This document shows, in pieces, positions 14,018 through 30,325 of a stretch of DNA of 64,000 nt (positions are counted from its first letter, which is position 1; each line of letters opens with the position of its first letter). The notes beneath the pieces are model-generated. The model was not told the DNA's origin. It worked only from the letters and a program-made list of their open reading frames with translations, and searched no databases. Origin of the DNA: the human T2T-CHM13v2.0 reference genome, Homo sapiens; the NCBI RefSeq assembly GCF_009914755.1, contig NC_060932.1. The stretch is one strand, 5' to 3'. The position numbers and the translations under genes were made by a program.

Positions 14018-14369
14018 GTAATTATTCAAATCCCATTTCCTGAAACGTTTTTGGAGCCTGAAAGGGTAGAGAGCTTTAGAATAAGGAGATATAGTGCAAA
14101 GTTCAGAGGCAGGAAGAACTCAGAAGGTTGCTATAAGGAATATTGGAGACCTTGTATAGGTAATACAGATAAAGGAAGATCCCTCCCCACCAAGGCAGGA
14201 TGAACAATTTGAAAACTGAATAGATGAGCAAAAATGTATAAATGTATTTGAGAGAGACACATGGTAGAAAAAATTTAGGAGCTAGAAGAGTCTTGAGACC
14301 ATAGATGAATCTTAAGCAATTCTGAAGATTGATGGACATGGTATTCTGCTGAGAAAGTTAATTCCTTTT

Positions 14370-15880
<1,511 letters not shown>

Positions 15881-16101
15881 TAATGAGTAATAGATGATAG
15901 TAGTCTATACATGTCTAATCCTAACAAAATTATATTTGTAGAACTAGGTCATTTGAAATGTTTTTACTATATATGTGGCATGTACCAAAATAATATTTAC
16001 ATTGGGAGATGAGAGAGAGGATCTTACTCTAAAAATTCCTAGACAGTAGTAAGAACTCATGTTGTTTTCATCATTTGCTTTTGTTTGTTTGTTTATTGCA
16101 G

Positions 16102-16329
16102 AAAGAAGAGTGGGAAATTGAAGGCCTCCTATAAACGGGATTGTTTTAGTGTTGGCAGTAATGTTGATATAGATTTTTCTGGACCAACCATCTATGGCTG
16201 GGCTGTGTTGGCCTTCGAAGGGTGGCTTGCTGGCTATCAGATGAGTTTTGACACAGCCAAATCCAAACTGTCACAGAATAATTTCGCCCTGGGTTACAAG
16301 GCTGCGGACTTCCAGCTGCACACACATGT
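16102..16329 (+). CDS. VDAC3: VDAC3 exon 7 (228 nt)
   Basis: KKSGKLKASYKRDCFSVGSNVDIDFSGPTIYGWAVLAFEGWLAGYQMSFDTAKSKLSQNNFALGYKAADFQLHTH(V), as in ORF 16085..16333; ttgcag| ... GT|gtgagt. Confidence 0.98.
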
Positions 16330-17624
16330 GTGAGTGTTTATAATTTATTCCTTAGTATCAGTGCAGTTGCCCAAAATATTGTAGCCATTAGCATGCTGAG
16401 AAGTGATGGTACTCAGATTTAGCATGCCTTGGTGAATATCCATCCTTGCGGTGCTATCCTCATAGCAAAACCTTGCCAGGAGGCTGGTGCACGTGGTGTG
16501 CAGGCTGTGCTGCTGGTGGTCACTGGCCCCTCAGCCTGCACCCCAAACTTGAGGAAGCTCCAGCCTCTGTAGAAGAACCACTGGGATAGAGGGAGCCCAG
16601 AGCATGGCTTACCTCATGGTAAGATGACCCTTTGGAGATGTTACTGCTTCCTCTGCTGCCCTCTCATCTTGACAGTATCTGGAAGCAGGTCTGTTTTGGT
16701 CACCAACAACCACCACCAAATTGATCTGAGCATCCTGGGACATCCCGGTAATTCTGTGGAGGTTTCAGGTACTGGTATTCTCGGTTGGAACCCAGGTACC
16801 GCTAATGCATTCAGAAGTAACAGGTGCTCTGAAAGAGTCCTGGGATTCAGTTATGTAGGCTGCACCATGTTGGTGGGATGAATCAGAACTTTTACGTAGT
16901 ATTTTATGTTGAGCCTACTGGACACTGCTACTATACCAGGAAGAAAAAGCAAAGGGCAAACTATGTGTTTTTAAACTGTTGCAGATTCCTCTCTGCTAGA
17001 TGCTCTAATTTACTTATGATGGCTAAAACAAAGGCAAGCAGTGGTATAGACAGTTACTGAAATTGATGAAACAGTATTATCAGGAAAACCATGTGAAAAC
17101 CCAAGGACTCACCTCTGGCATGCTTGGAAGCAATAACTAAGGTGGTTTTCTGGAGCAGTGCACCCTAGGTATCGTAGGAGGGTGCTTTCTAACTGTAGGA
17201 TTGTGTTTTAAAGGAAATCCAGAATTGGTTTTATTCCTATACCTCTACCTTTTTATTTTTTTGCAGAATCTTTATTGAACTCTACTTTGAAGTTTCTAAG
17301 TTCTATGAACTTCTCAGAGACCTATAGATTATACTTACCCGAGGTGTCTGCCTTTGTGCTTAATTGAATTGTCTTAAGAAACTCACATCATGTGGAGGAG
17401 CCAAGTAAATGGATCAAGTGTTAACGTTTTAATTAAGCAGTCATTACTGGCATAGCTGGATTTAGTTCTGTGTTTTGTTTAGTAGTCATTTATGCTAGAA
17501 ATTTGCTGAAATCTATAGTTACAAAATGGGATCCTTGTTTAGATAGTCTTAGAATTTGTTTTCATACCATAATAACAATGGTACAAACTAGATATTTATG
17601 ACGTTTTCTTATCTATGAAAACAG

Positions 17625-17775
17625 GAACGATGGCACTGAATTTGGAGGTTCTATCTACCAGAAGGTGAATGAGAAGATTGAAACATCCATAAACCTTGCT
17701 TGGACAGCTGGGAGTAACAACACCCGTTTTGGCATTGCTGCTAAGTACATGCTGGATTGTAGAACTTCTCTCTCT
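17625..17775 (+). CDS. VDAC3: VDAC3 exon 8 (151 nt)
   Basis: [50 protein letters not shown]; aacag| ... |gtaaga. Confidence 0.98.
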
Positions 17776-17915
17776 GTAAGAATGTGCTGCCAGATTGGAT
17801 CTGCTCTTATGTTTGTGTCTAAGTTTTCAGAGAATGTTGTGATATGAGTGTAGTTTGCTTGTTCTTTATTAATTTTAATAAGCCAGCTCATTGTGTAGTG
17901 AAAGGAATATAATGT

Positions 17916-19056
<1,141 letters not shown>

Positions 19057-19180
19057 TCAGTAATTCTAGATTGGCCCTAGGGTGCTTTTAGCATTGGAAA
19101 CCTAATGCACAAAGTGATGGTTATATTGGACTGATCTGTAATTCACTGTTTTCTGTTATTATTCTATCTCTTAATCTTAG

Positions 19181-19238
19181 GCTAAAGTAAATAATGCCAG
19201 CCTGATTGGACTGGGTTATACTCAGACCCTTCGACCAG
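19181..19238 (+). CDS. VDAC3: VDAC3 exon 9 (58 nt)
   Basis: AKVNNASLIGLGYTQTLRP(G); cttag| ... G|gtaagt. Confidence 0.98.
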
Positions 19239-19684
19239 GTAAGTAAAGGAATTAGTAACAGAGGGGTTGAGGTGGAAGGTGATAGAGAAAACAATGAAAA
19301 TAACCTGCAGAACAACCTGTAGTCACTGTAAGTTGATTTGGACCATTTTGTAACATTTGGTTGTTCAGACAGAAAACAATACAGATCAAATACTTTTGCA
19401 TTAAAAAAGTATGTATTTCTGACTATAATGTGGTCACTTTGGCCTTTGAGTTTGGTTGATCACTCATTGCCCTTAACCCTGAACTTCAGAGAAAGTTTGC
19501 CATGATCATGCTTTCCTCATTACACATCAGATAGTTATAAATAACCGATTGAGTAATAGCTGTTTGCTTATAGCTCGTATACCCAGCTACAATCCACACC
19601 ATTGATTCCATCTGTTGTTTCTAGAAAGTTCAGATCTAATTGTAATACTTGTTTCAAGTGATTGTGGTGTTTTCTTCTTCCTAG

Positions 19685-19776
19685 GAGTCAAATTGACTTT
19701 ATCAGCTTTAATCGATGGGAAGAACTTCAGTGCAGGAGGTCACAAGGTTGGCTTGGGATTTGAACTGGAAGCTTAA
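19685..19776 (+). CDS. VDAC3: VDAC3 exon 10 coding part, stop TAA
   Basis: [29 protein letters not shown], with the C-terminal beta-signal. Exon sum 67+50+153+53+228+151+58+92=852 nt = 283 aa plus stop. Confidence 0.98.
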
Positions 19777-20179
19777 TGTGGTTTGAGGAAAGCATCAGAT
19801 TTGTCCCTGGAAGTGAAGAGAAATGAACCCACTATGTTTTGGCCTTAAAATTCTTCTGTGAAATTTCAAAAGTGTGAACTTTTTATTCTTCCAAAGAATT
19901 GTAATCCTCCCCACACTGAAGTCTAGGGGTTGCGAATCCCTCCTGAGGGAGATGCTTGAAGGCATGCCTGGAAGTTGTCATGTTTGTGCCACGTTTCAGT
20001 TCAGTTCTGAAGTGTTATTAAATGTGTTCCTCAGCGACAGTGTAGCGTCATGTTAGAGGAGACGATCTGACCCACCAGTTTGTACATCACGTCCTGCATG
20101 TCCCACACCATTTTTTCATGACCTTGTAATATACTGGTCTCTGTGCTATAGTGGAATCTTTGGTTTTGCATCATAGTAA

Positions 20180-20190
20180 AATAAAATAAA
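20180..20190 (+). terminator. VDAC3: VDAC3 polyadenylation signals (two overlapping AATAAA)
   Basis: AATAAAATAAA ~410 nt after the stop, followed by GT/T-rich downstream sequence (20220-20265). Confidence 0.85.
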
Positions 20191-20744
20191 CCCATCACAT
20201 TTGGAACATAACTGCTCATGTGACTTGCTGGTGATGGTTTTCTTACCTTGATGTGATTTGTTTTAAGAAGCACTTTCACAGGCGAGATTTGTGTCTAAAG
20301 TATCAGGGCTGCCGTCTGTCCCTTTCACTTCACTGACCCCTGCTCTTCTCTTGCTCTCACAGGGCAGGCTGAGGAAGGAAGCAGTGAACATGGTTGTGCT
20401 GGGGAGTGGCACATCTGTTGTGCTTGTGGTGTGACAGGGTTGCTTCACCCCGGGAGTTGTGTGCAGCTGCTGAGAAAGTGTGGATGTGAGCGGGTGAAAA
20501 GACAGTTGAGGGACGAGTGCATTTGGGGAAGCATGGGGAGGAGAGACGGTGGGAGGAGGCCAGAGCTGGGTGGACACTTCTGGGACTCCTCCTGGGCTTC
20601 AGAAACATGATTTTTGATTACTAGTATAGAAAAATGATAACCAAGGAATGAAGTACCAGTTTAGAGAAGAAATGAGCAGACTATAAAATCCTCAGGGCTC
20701 ACTGGTAAATCATCTTCCTAAAAGTAGAACTCCTTTTGAAAATC

Positions 20745-21711
20745 TTTTTTTTTTTTTTGAGTTTAAGAGCAGAGGTTTAATAGGTGAGAGAGAAGAGAAA
20801 AGCTGTCTCTTGCAGAGAGAGAGGGGGTTCCTGAGTGGGTCTTCAGTTTTGTGATGAAACGCACAGGGTTTTATAGGCTAGCTTGAGGAGGTGGTGTCTG
20901 ATTTACATTGGGTCTGAGAGATTGATAGGACCAGGTGTGCTGTTTGCACAAAGAAGCTGGCCATCCCACCCTAATCTTTTATTATGCTGATGGGGTCTCT
21001 ACCTGGCTGGTGCCATGTTGCCTGCCTTTTTACTGCACATGTGACAAAAAGGAAGAGGGAGCCTCCATGTTGAACATGCCTGGCCCCCAGATAGCCTTTT
21101 CCTATTGGCACAGCTGCTGGCATGCACCTGTGCAAGCTTCCAGCTTGCTTATCTATGCTTGCAGCTTGATTTTCTTCAGGCTGCTTTTTGTTAGAAATGA
21201 TTTGGGGGCTGCTTTTTATTAAAAAGAAACCTTACCAACGACTCTCTTACCCTCACTATCTGCCTAAATAATTTCTTTCTAGCTCCGGTATCATTTCCCC
21301 TATAAGGAGTGGTAACTCACTGCTGTTAGGGGGTGTTGGATGATGACTCTTTCTGGCTACTTCCTGCTGAAGAGGGGTGTCATGTGGGGAACAGCAGTTA
21401 AGGCTCCTCCTGGGGTTGATTTAAGGGTCCTTGGAAGAAAGGTGTGTCCATGCGTGGCTCCATCTGTAGCACCATCTGGATGTTCTATCTTCAACATTCT
21501 TTCCGATAAATGTACTTTCCAATCCTGGACGGGACCCCAAAATGAAGTGGCGTTGTTGTCTGGGGTAAATACCCGAGGTTCGTTGTCCCATGCCAAGGAA
21601 ATCAAGGACATGGACACACAAGAAGTGAGTTTAAGAGTGAAGGTTTAATAGGCAAGAGAAAGGAAAGAAAAGCTCTCTCCTGCAGAGAGGGGCTCCTGAG
21701 TGGGTCTTCCC
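20745..21711 (-). mobile_element. ERV1-class (LTR9/HUERS-P3-like) element with processed-transcript structure: R-U5-PBS-env tail-PPT-U3-R-polyA
   Basis: R repeat at both ends (21627-21709 vs 20759-20844). LTR end ...CTTCA at 21543, tRNA-Pro-like PBS at 21522-21539, purine tract then TGATACCGGAGCTAGAAAG LTR start at 21293, TATA at 20869-20875, ATTAAA at 20776-20781, A14 tail at 20745-20758. Family name is from recall. Confidence 0.8.
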
Positions 21712-21909
21712 TGCATATCTCTTTTTAAAAATTACAGCAATGCAGTTTGCTGTTTGAATTTGTTTCTAAACAAGTTCAATTTAGAAGTAAATAAAAGTGA
21801 AAATTCTCATTCTTCTAATTCCTGTTTCTTCTGCCACTGACAGTTTGATATGTCCTTGAAGATATGTTTCAGTATTATGTAAATATCTATTTATATATAC
21901 AAAACGTTA

Positions 21910-22257
<348 letters not shown>

Positions 22258-22296
22258 TCATATTTTTGTTATTTGTATGCTTTAGTATAAATGTGA

Positions 22297-22533
<237 letters not shown>

Positions 22534-22705
22534 TGATGCCTGGCTAATTTTTTTAGTAGAGATGGGGTTTCACCATGTTGGCCAGGCTGGTCTTGGACTC
22601 CTGACCTCAAGGAATCTGCCTACCTTGGCCTCCCAAAGTGCTGGGATTACAGGTGTGTGCCACCGTTCCCGGCCCCTTGTCTATTTCTGTGACTGTTCCT
22701 GTGCC

Positions 22706-23123
22706 AGCACTGCCCAGCAGAGCTTTCTGGGTGATGAAGGTGATCTGTCTCTGCACTCTCCTGTGTGGCAGGCACTAGCCACATAGGACTATGGAGCAGT
22801 TGAAATGCAACTAGGGGAACTGAAGAACTAAGATTTTAATTTAAATTAAGTTTTTGAGACAGTCTTGCTGTGTTGCCTAGGCTGGAATGCAGTGGTGTGA
22901 TCATGGCTCACTGCAGCCTCAACCTCCCCAGGCTCAGGTGATCCTCCCATCTCAGCCTCCTGAGTAGCTGGGACTACAGTCTCATGCCAGCACACTTGGC
23001 TAATTTTTGTATTTTTTTTTGTAGAGGTTGCGTTTCACCATGTTGCCCAGGCTTAATTTAATTTTAATTAAATTTAAATAACATGTGGCCAGTGGCTACT
23101 ATATTGGATATTGGACAGTGTAG
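22706..23123 (+). mobile_element. MER3-like hAT-Charlie MITE interrupted by a partial antisense AluJ (~22851-23053)
   Basis: cagcactgcccagcagagctttctg... actagccacat... atgtggccagtggctactatattgga...cagtgtag matches MER3 hallmarks, with an Alu in the AT-rich centre. Confidence 0.7.
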
Positions 23124-23188
23124 TTCTGTAAGATAGATTTCTAGAATTGAAATTGCTGAGCCGTAGGGCATATGCATTTGCTAAGTAG

Positions 23189-23560
<372 letters not shown>

Positions 23561-24519
23561 TAGGTGTGAGCCACAGCGCCCGGCCCATCCTCAGTAATAT
23601 TTTGACTATTACCTAAGTTTGAAGTTTTTATGTTTTATGGGTGAGAATGATTGTTTTATTTTGCTTTCCCTCCATGGCCAGTGAGATGGAACTGTGTTGA
23701 CTGGTTATTTACAGTTCTCCTTTGCCCGTTCAGATTCCTTGCTGCATTTCCAGATGAGTTGTCTTACAACTAGACACATTTGCTTTTTGAAAAATGTCAG
23801 TGCAAGGTATCCCCCCCAAAGATGATCTTAACTAGACAATATCCTTTACCCAAATTAGGGGTAACTGGGTAGGAACTAGATGGCATGTATGTCAGAAAAC
23901 ATCTATGATACCAACCACATGACAGTTTTATTTCTCTGATGTTATCTTTGTGAGTTGAACCACCATTACCAGAGATAAAGTAAAACAAATGGAAAAGGGG
24001 TGAGAAGGGGTGAACTGTAACTTAGTATGAGTCCAATTCACCTTGTGTCTCACTGGAAAGCCCTTCCCTGTAGCGCGAGGGTGGAGGGAGTCCCATGGGC
24101 TGACCGTGGCTGCAGGCATCCCTCTGGGGTGTGGGGGATGAATGAGCTGCCCAGGACCCTGGCTCTGTGTCAGAGGCAGGACTGTTCCACCTGCACATAA
24201 GGGACAGAGAGGAAGTGGCAGCAGGGGAACCCTGAGGCCTCTTTGTTCCTTGGGCAGAAGTTATTTGTATTGATGGCCTGAAGTGGATGAAAGGGATATA
24301 TATGCCTCTAGGTTTGTATTAATATTTTATTTTTAAAAATGTGAATGCAAATATAGAAGAAAATGCTCCAAAATGTTAATATTCATTATCTCAGGAAGGT
24401 GGAATTATAAATATCCTTATTTACTGTATACTTTTCCAGTTTTCTAAAGCAAGTTTCGCATTATTTCTGTAATCAGGAAAAAGCTCTTAGGACTGTTACA
24501 GTTTGGAGGAGGCAGAGGC

Positions 24520-26620
24520 CCAGCGGCTGCACGGGCGGGCGGGCATCCCACGTGGAGCACGGTTCCAGCCTAGGCGAGACGCCCTGGCTTCCGCTCGCCG
24601 CCTTTAGCGAGGCTACCCCGATGGAGGGTGACGCAGGAGGACGAGTGTTTCTTGTGGTAAGAGACTAACAAGCATGGGGTTTTTCTTTTCTTTTCTTTTC
24701 TTTCTTTTTTTTTTTTTTGTTTTGTTTTTTGAGACGGAGTCTCAGTCTCAGTCTGTCGCCCAGGCTGCACGATTTCGGTCCCTGCAACCTCAGCCTCCTG
24801 GGTTCAAGCGATTCTCCTGCCTCAGCCTCCTGAGTAGCTGGGATTACAGGTGCCTGCCACCACGCCCAGCTAATTTTTTGTATTTTTAGTAGAGGTCGGG
24901 GGTTTCACCATGCTGGCCAGGCTGGTCTCGAACTCCTGACCTCGGGTGATCCGCCCGCCTCGGCCTCCCAAAGTGCTGGGATTACGGGCATGAGCCAAAT
25001 GTTAAGGGAACGCATCCTATTTTACATACCGATTTTCCCACAAGTCACCGGGAGGATGTCACTGTGCATAGCTGACCGTCGTCCTGTGCCGAGGGTCTGC
25101 TCAAGGGACAGAGGAGGACGGTGCTGTCCTGGGGTTTCGTCTGGCTTCCTGTGCCTGTCCTCGGAGGCTCGCTGTTACCTTTCTGAGCCTCAGCTTCTAG
25201 CGCAGGGGCTGGGAAGGGAGCTCGGAAGGGGCCGGAGCCGCGCGGCCCCCTGAGCGTTCTCGGTAAACGCTCGGGGTCCCCACTCCAAGCCCGGCCTTCC
25301 GCATGCCGCTTCCTCGGCTACCCTTGAGAAGCAAAGCCCCCTTTTCCCTTGCCCACCACGCCAGTGCTGGCGCTCAGGTGCTGCCTCCCCTGTAACCCAC
25401 AGCCCGGTTCTGGGTGCAGGCGTGTGTGTTAGCGCGAGGGGCGTTTTCACATCCCGCGCGCCCTTAATCGTGGGCTCCTCTGCGCCCCAGCGGCCTCTCA
25501 GGTAAGGGTGGTCGGATACTAGCGCCACCGGCCTTGCCCAGCTTCGAACAAATCGTGGCCGCGCGGTGGTTCACGCCGGGAATCCTAAAACTTTCGGAGC
25601 CAGAGGAGCCCTTAAGCCTAGGGATTCGAGACCAGCCTGGGCAACATAATGAGAACCCCGTCTCTTAAAAAACAAAACGAATTGTAAATTAGGACAGGGT
25701 GCCATTGGATGGACCTCCATGAATGTCGCTTTTCCCACTGAGAAAGGCCCAGTGAGGCTGTGGCTTAGGGTGAGTCACCAGCAATGTCGGGCTGGGCAGG
25801 CCTCCCCTCCTGCCGAGGTTGGGTGGCCCGGAGGAGACGGGGGCGCCTCCCAAGGGGGGCTGACTCCAATACGCCCAGTTCCTTCTTCCCCAACGTAGTT
25901 ACCGAATACACTCCTTTCCTCTGGCGGAGTGGATTAAAGGGGGTAGGAAGCAAAAGTGGATTCCAAATGGGGTCCAGTCACGTGGAAGGAAGGTTAAGGA
26001 CGGGGCTCAGCATTCCCGTGCAGTGTAGGCACAGTCAGCTCTGCCCCTCTCCGGGATCTGGCGGCCCACCTGGGGTGGGCGTCCAGGCCTGGCGCTAGGA
26101 GAGTGGAGCGTGTTCTGCCCGCCTTCCGACCGGGCTCATAACCCGCCCTGCTCCGTAAACTGCCACTCCCACCTGCCTCCCGGACGGCTGCCTCCTGAAG
26201 CTCTTTCCCGAAGCATTTCTCCATCGCAGAACTCCCTCTTGAACTCCAAACCTTTATTTCAAGCTGCCTGGCAAACGTCTCTTCTCGGAGATTCTGCAGG
26301 CATCCAGAAGTCACCGTTCCCCAGGCGGAAACTGTGCGCTGGGTGCCCTTCGCACGTGGAGTCTCGGCCGCATTGCCGCCTCTGCTCTGACAATTCCTCC
26401 CGACCTCTCCCAGCTCCAGTGAACACAGCCTCGGCGGCAAGCGTTGTGGTGCAGCTGCGTGCCTGTCTCCCCTCTGCCCATGAGTGCTGGAGGCCTCTCT
26501 GTCTTCATTCCAGCAGCGGCCAGGCTGTCGTGTGCCAGGTGATAGGCACTGGTGGATGATGATTGCTGAACAGGAGCCCTCAGACAAGCGGGCCTGGTCG
26601 GGCCTCCCAGGCAAGGGGAT
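24520..26620. promoter_or_regulatory. Intergenic GC/CpG-rich segment, putative enhancer or promoter
   Basis: CpG-retaining unique sequence plus a CpG-retaining Alu and FLAM. CACGTG at 24549, 25979 and 26353; TGAGTCA at 25771. Confidence 0.5.
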
Positions 26621-27531
26621 TTCTGCTTAGGGACCGAGGTTCTCCTTCAGCAGGCGCTCATAGTTCCCTGTGACCACCAAAGAAACACAGACCATTCCTG
26701 GCACTTCTGAGCATTTCTTGCAACTCTGAATTATGGTATAATTAACACTCAGTGAGGTGACTTCACTGCTGGCAATTGAAAGGGCCAGAGATAGTCTGAT
26801 AGGCCAGAGATAGTTGCAATTAAACTCGACCCCACCAGGTGCCGCTGTTGTTGCTGCCAAACAGAGATGCCCACAGCTTCCTCGTCCGTGCTTTCTGCCT
26901 GGAGCCCTTTAAGTCCCTCTTTTGACCTCCTTGCCCCACTCCCTACCACTCATTGCAGTCTCTAATTAGGGTCAGGTTTAACCTCTAAATGGCAAGTCTT
27001 GGGAAAAGCAAGGAAATTCTCCATCTTACTCTGGCCCAAATCCCTTTTGCTGTGTAAGCAGATTTTGTTCTAGCCACACGGAGAGCAGATGGTCATCCTC
27101 ACTGAGTCTGAAACCCTTCACTTAAGATCATATTGAATTCTCGTGTTTCCTTTATAAAAACAGGCGGAATGAGCCCTCACCCTCTCTTCCTAGGCTTCCT
27201 TTCCAAGCTCCTAATCACCTCTCGCAGTGCTCCTTCCTGGAACTTCCTCCCGGGCCTACCCACAGTCCCCTTTTATGGAGATCACAGCTGTGGACGGGCC
27301 TGGCCGCTGCTGAACCGGAAGACTCCAGATAAGGTCAGGAAGCCTGAGGCCTGCCCTGGCCCCGGATGAGTTGGCCCCGAAACTTTTTCTCATTCTGGGC
27401 TTTGGTGCCTGCAGTGGCCGGCCAGCTCCACGTGTTTCAAAGATCCAGTAAAATAAGGGAAATGAAAATGTTTCAGAAGGGTGGTGGCAGGATTATGGGA
27501 TGTAGGTGACTTTTTTTTTTCATAATATTAG

Positions 27532-27858
<327 letters not shown>

Positions 27859-28746
27859 TAATGAAGGATAAAAATATTTAAGAGGGTGACAGTTAATCCA
27901 AGAGCAGAGCTCCACTGCCTGCTTATGTAACCACATTCTATGGGTTTCCCCAGTCCCCCATCATGCAGGGAACTGATTTGCTAGCGTCCTTGTCTCTAGT
28001 GGTTTTGTTTAACTGTGGTCTCTTTTCTATTCCTTTTCTTCATCATCCCATTAATGCTCTCCTGAGAGCCATCCTCCTGAGGGGACTCACCCATAAAAAT
28101 AAAGGATTCACCCACAAGAGAGGGACAAATGCTTGCCTGAGGAGCCCGTTTGGTACCAGGCCCTGGGGTGATCCCTTTTTCATGCCGATGCCCTGATTCC
28201 TCACACTCCCGGGAAAGGGTCCCTTGGCCCATTTTGTACACAAGAAAACTGGCTCTAATAGGAGCGATGGAAGTGGCCCAGGGTTAGTGAAGCAGGAGCT
28301 GAACTCTGAGCCTGGTTCTGCCAGACTCCAGGAGCCTTCAAGGCACCGGCAAGTGTGATCCCCCACGGGCAAGCACAGTCCAGCAACAGCCTTGTCCTGG
28401 GATGCCTCAAAACTCACTGTGCCAGCTACACAGAGGGCCTTTTCACCACCTCACTTTGTCATCAAATAAACCCAGAGGCCAGAGATCTTTACATGTCATC
28501 CTGAACTGACTTTAAATGTTTGCTGATTTTAAATGTTTATTCTGCAGCTTGAGATCTCTACTGCTTAAGAATTCAGCTTCTTTTAAGAAGGCGAGGTGGA
28601 GAGGGCTTATTTAAAAAATTGTCTTGTTGAAAATGAATCCATTGTGTTTAGGTATTTGCTCAAAAGTTCATTCCTGGCCCGAAGTGGTGGCTCACACCTA
28701 TAATCCCAGCACTTTGGGAGGCCGAGGCGGGTGGATCATGAGGTCA

Positions 28747-29156
<410 letters not shown>

Positions 29157-30034
29157 TCATTCCCTTTGGAAAAGCAATAATAAAGTAAAAGACCATTGTC
29201 TCAGAACTCAAGCTCCTCTGACAGCATCCAGATTTTCCCCCCTCAGAGGAGCCCAGACAGCAGCAAAGAGGCGTCTCTAGGCCTCCCCATGGTTCTGTCA
29301 GGTGGAGTAAAGGGATCCCATGAAAAGAATCGCAGTGAGCAGCACTGCCCACACCGTCTGTGTGAGGTTCCCTCTGTCTGAAGACTCTGCATTATTAGAG
29401 GAAGAAGCTGGTGAACTCAGGAAAGATTCTCTGGGTAGAACTGTGGGCTGGTGGCCCAAGACAGGGAGCCTCTGCCAGCGTCCCCTCCAGCTTGGAGATG
29501 GTCCATGCTTGGACTCAGCTGACCAAACCCTCCCAACCACCTCGCTTGGCTCCCTGGGCACTCTGCTTTCCCGCCCTTGGCTTGCAGCACCCCCAGCCAC
29601 CCACAGGAGCCACCTTGCAGAGGGAGGGGTCCCAGGTGAAGTGACTTCCCTCCCTCGCAGGCGATCGGCTGGCCAGGTGGCCCTGTGTGTCAGATCACAG
29701 TGAGGCCGGGCAGGGGTGTGGGTAGGCGAGGCTTCTCCCAGAACTGCCACTGAGGCGCCTGTGCTCAGTCACGAGAATGCTCAATGTGGTGAGTGTGGCC
29801 TGTTTCCCTCTCACCCCAAGATGCTGCCTCTGCTGTCCTGCCTGCTGGGCCGGGCCGGGGCTCCCAGGTGGCAGCCCTCCTCCCTGGACAGGGGTGGCTA
29901 GCGTCTCTGCCTGAATCCCGCAGACTGCTTAGGCTGCACAAGGTTCACCTGCATTGTGTTGTGCTGTTACTTGAAGTGCGGAAATGAAGGGCTGAAGGTG
30001 CCATTTTAAACACCAGAAAGGGCAGGGCTCTTAG

Positions 30035-30325
<291 letters not shown>

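Noticed and set aside
21063-21081. Possible p53 element in the LTR (GAACATGCCT)
   Set aside because: One perfect half-site only; the neighbouring CATG is out of register for a canonical full site.
25994-26614. 206-aa minus-strand and 149-aa plus-strand ORFs
   Set aside because: GC-rich composition, non-ATG or weak starts, no homology recognised.
28043-28417. Minus-strand peptide containing VPNGL, like a PiT2 segment
   Set aside because: Only a 5-residue match with no splice context and beyond the SLC20A2 poly(A) site; chance.
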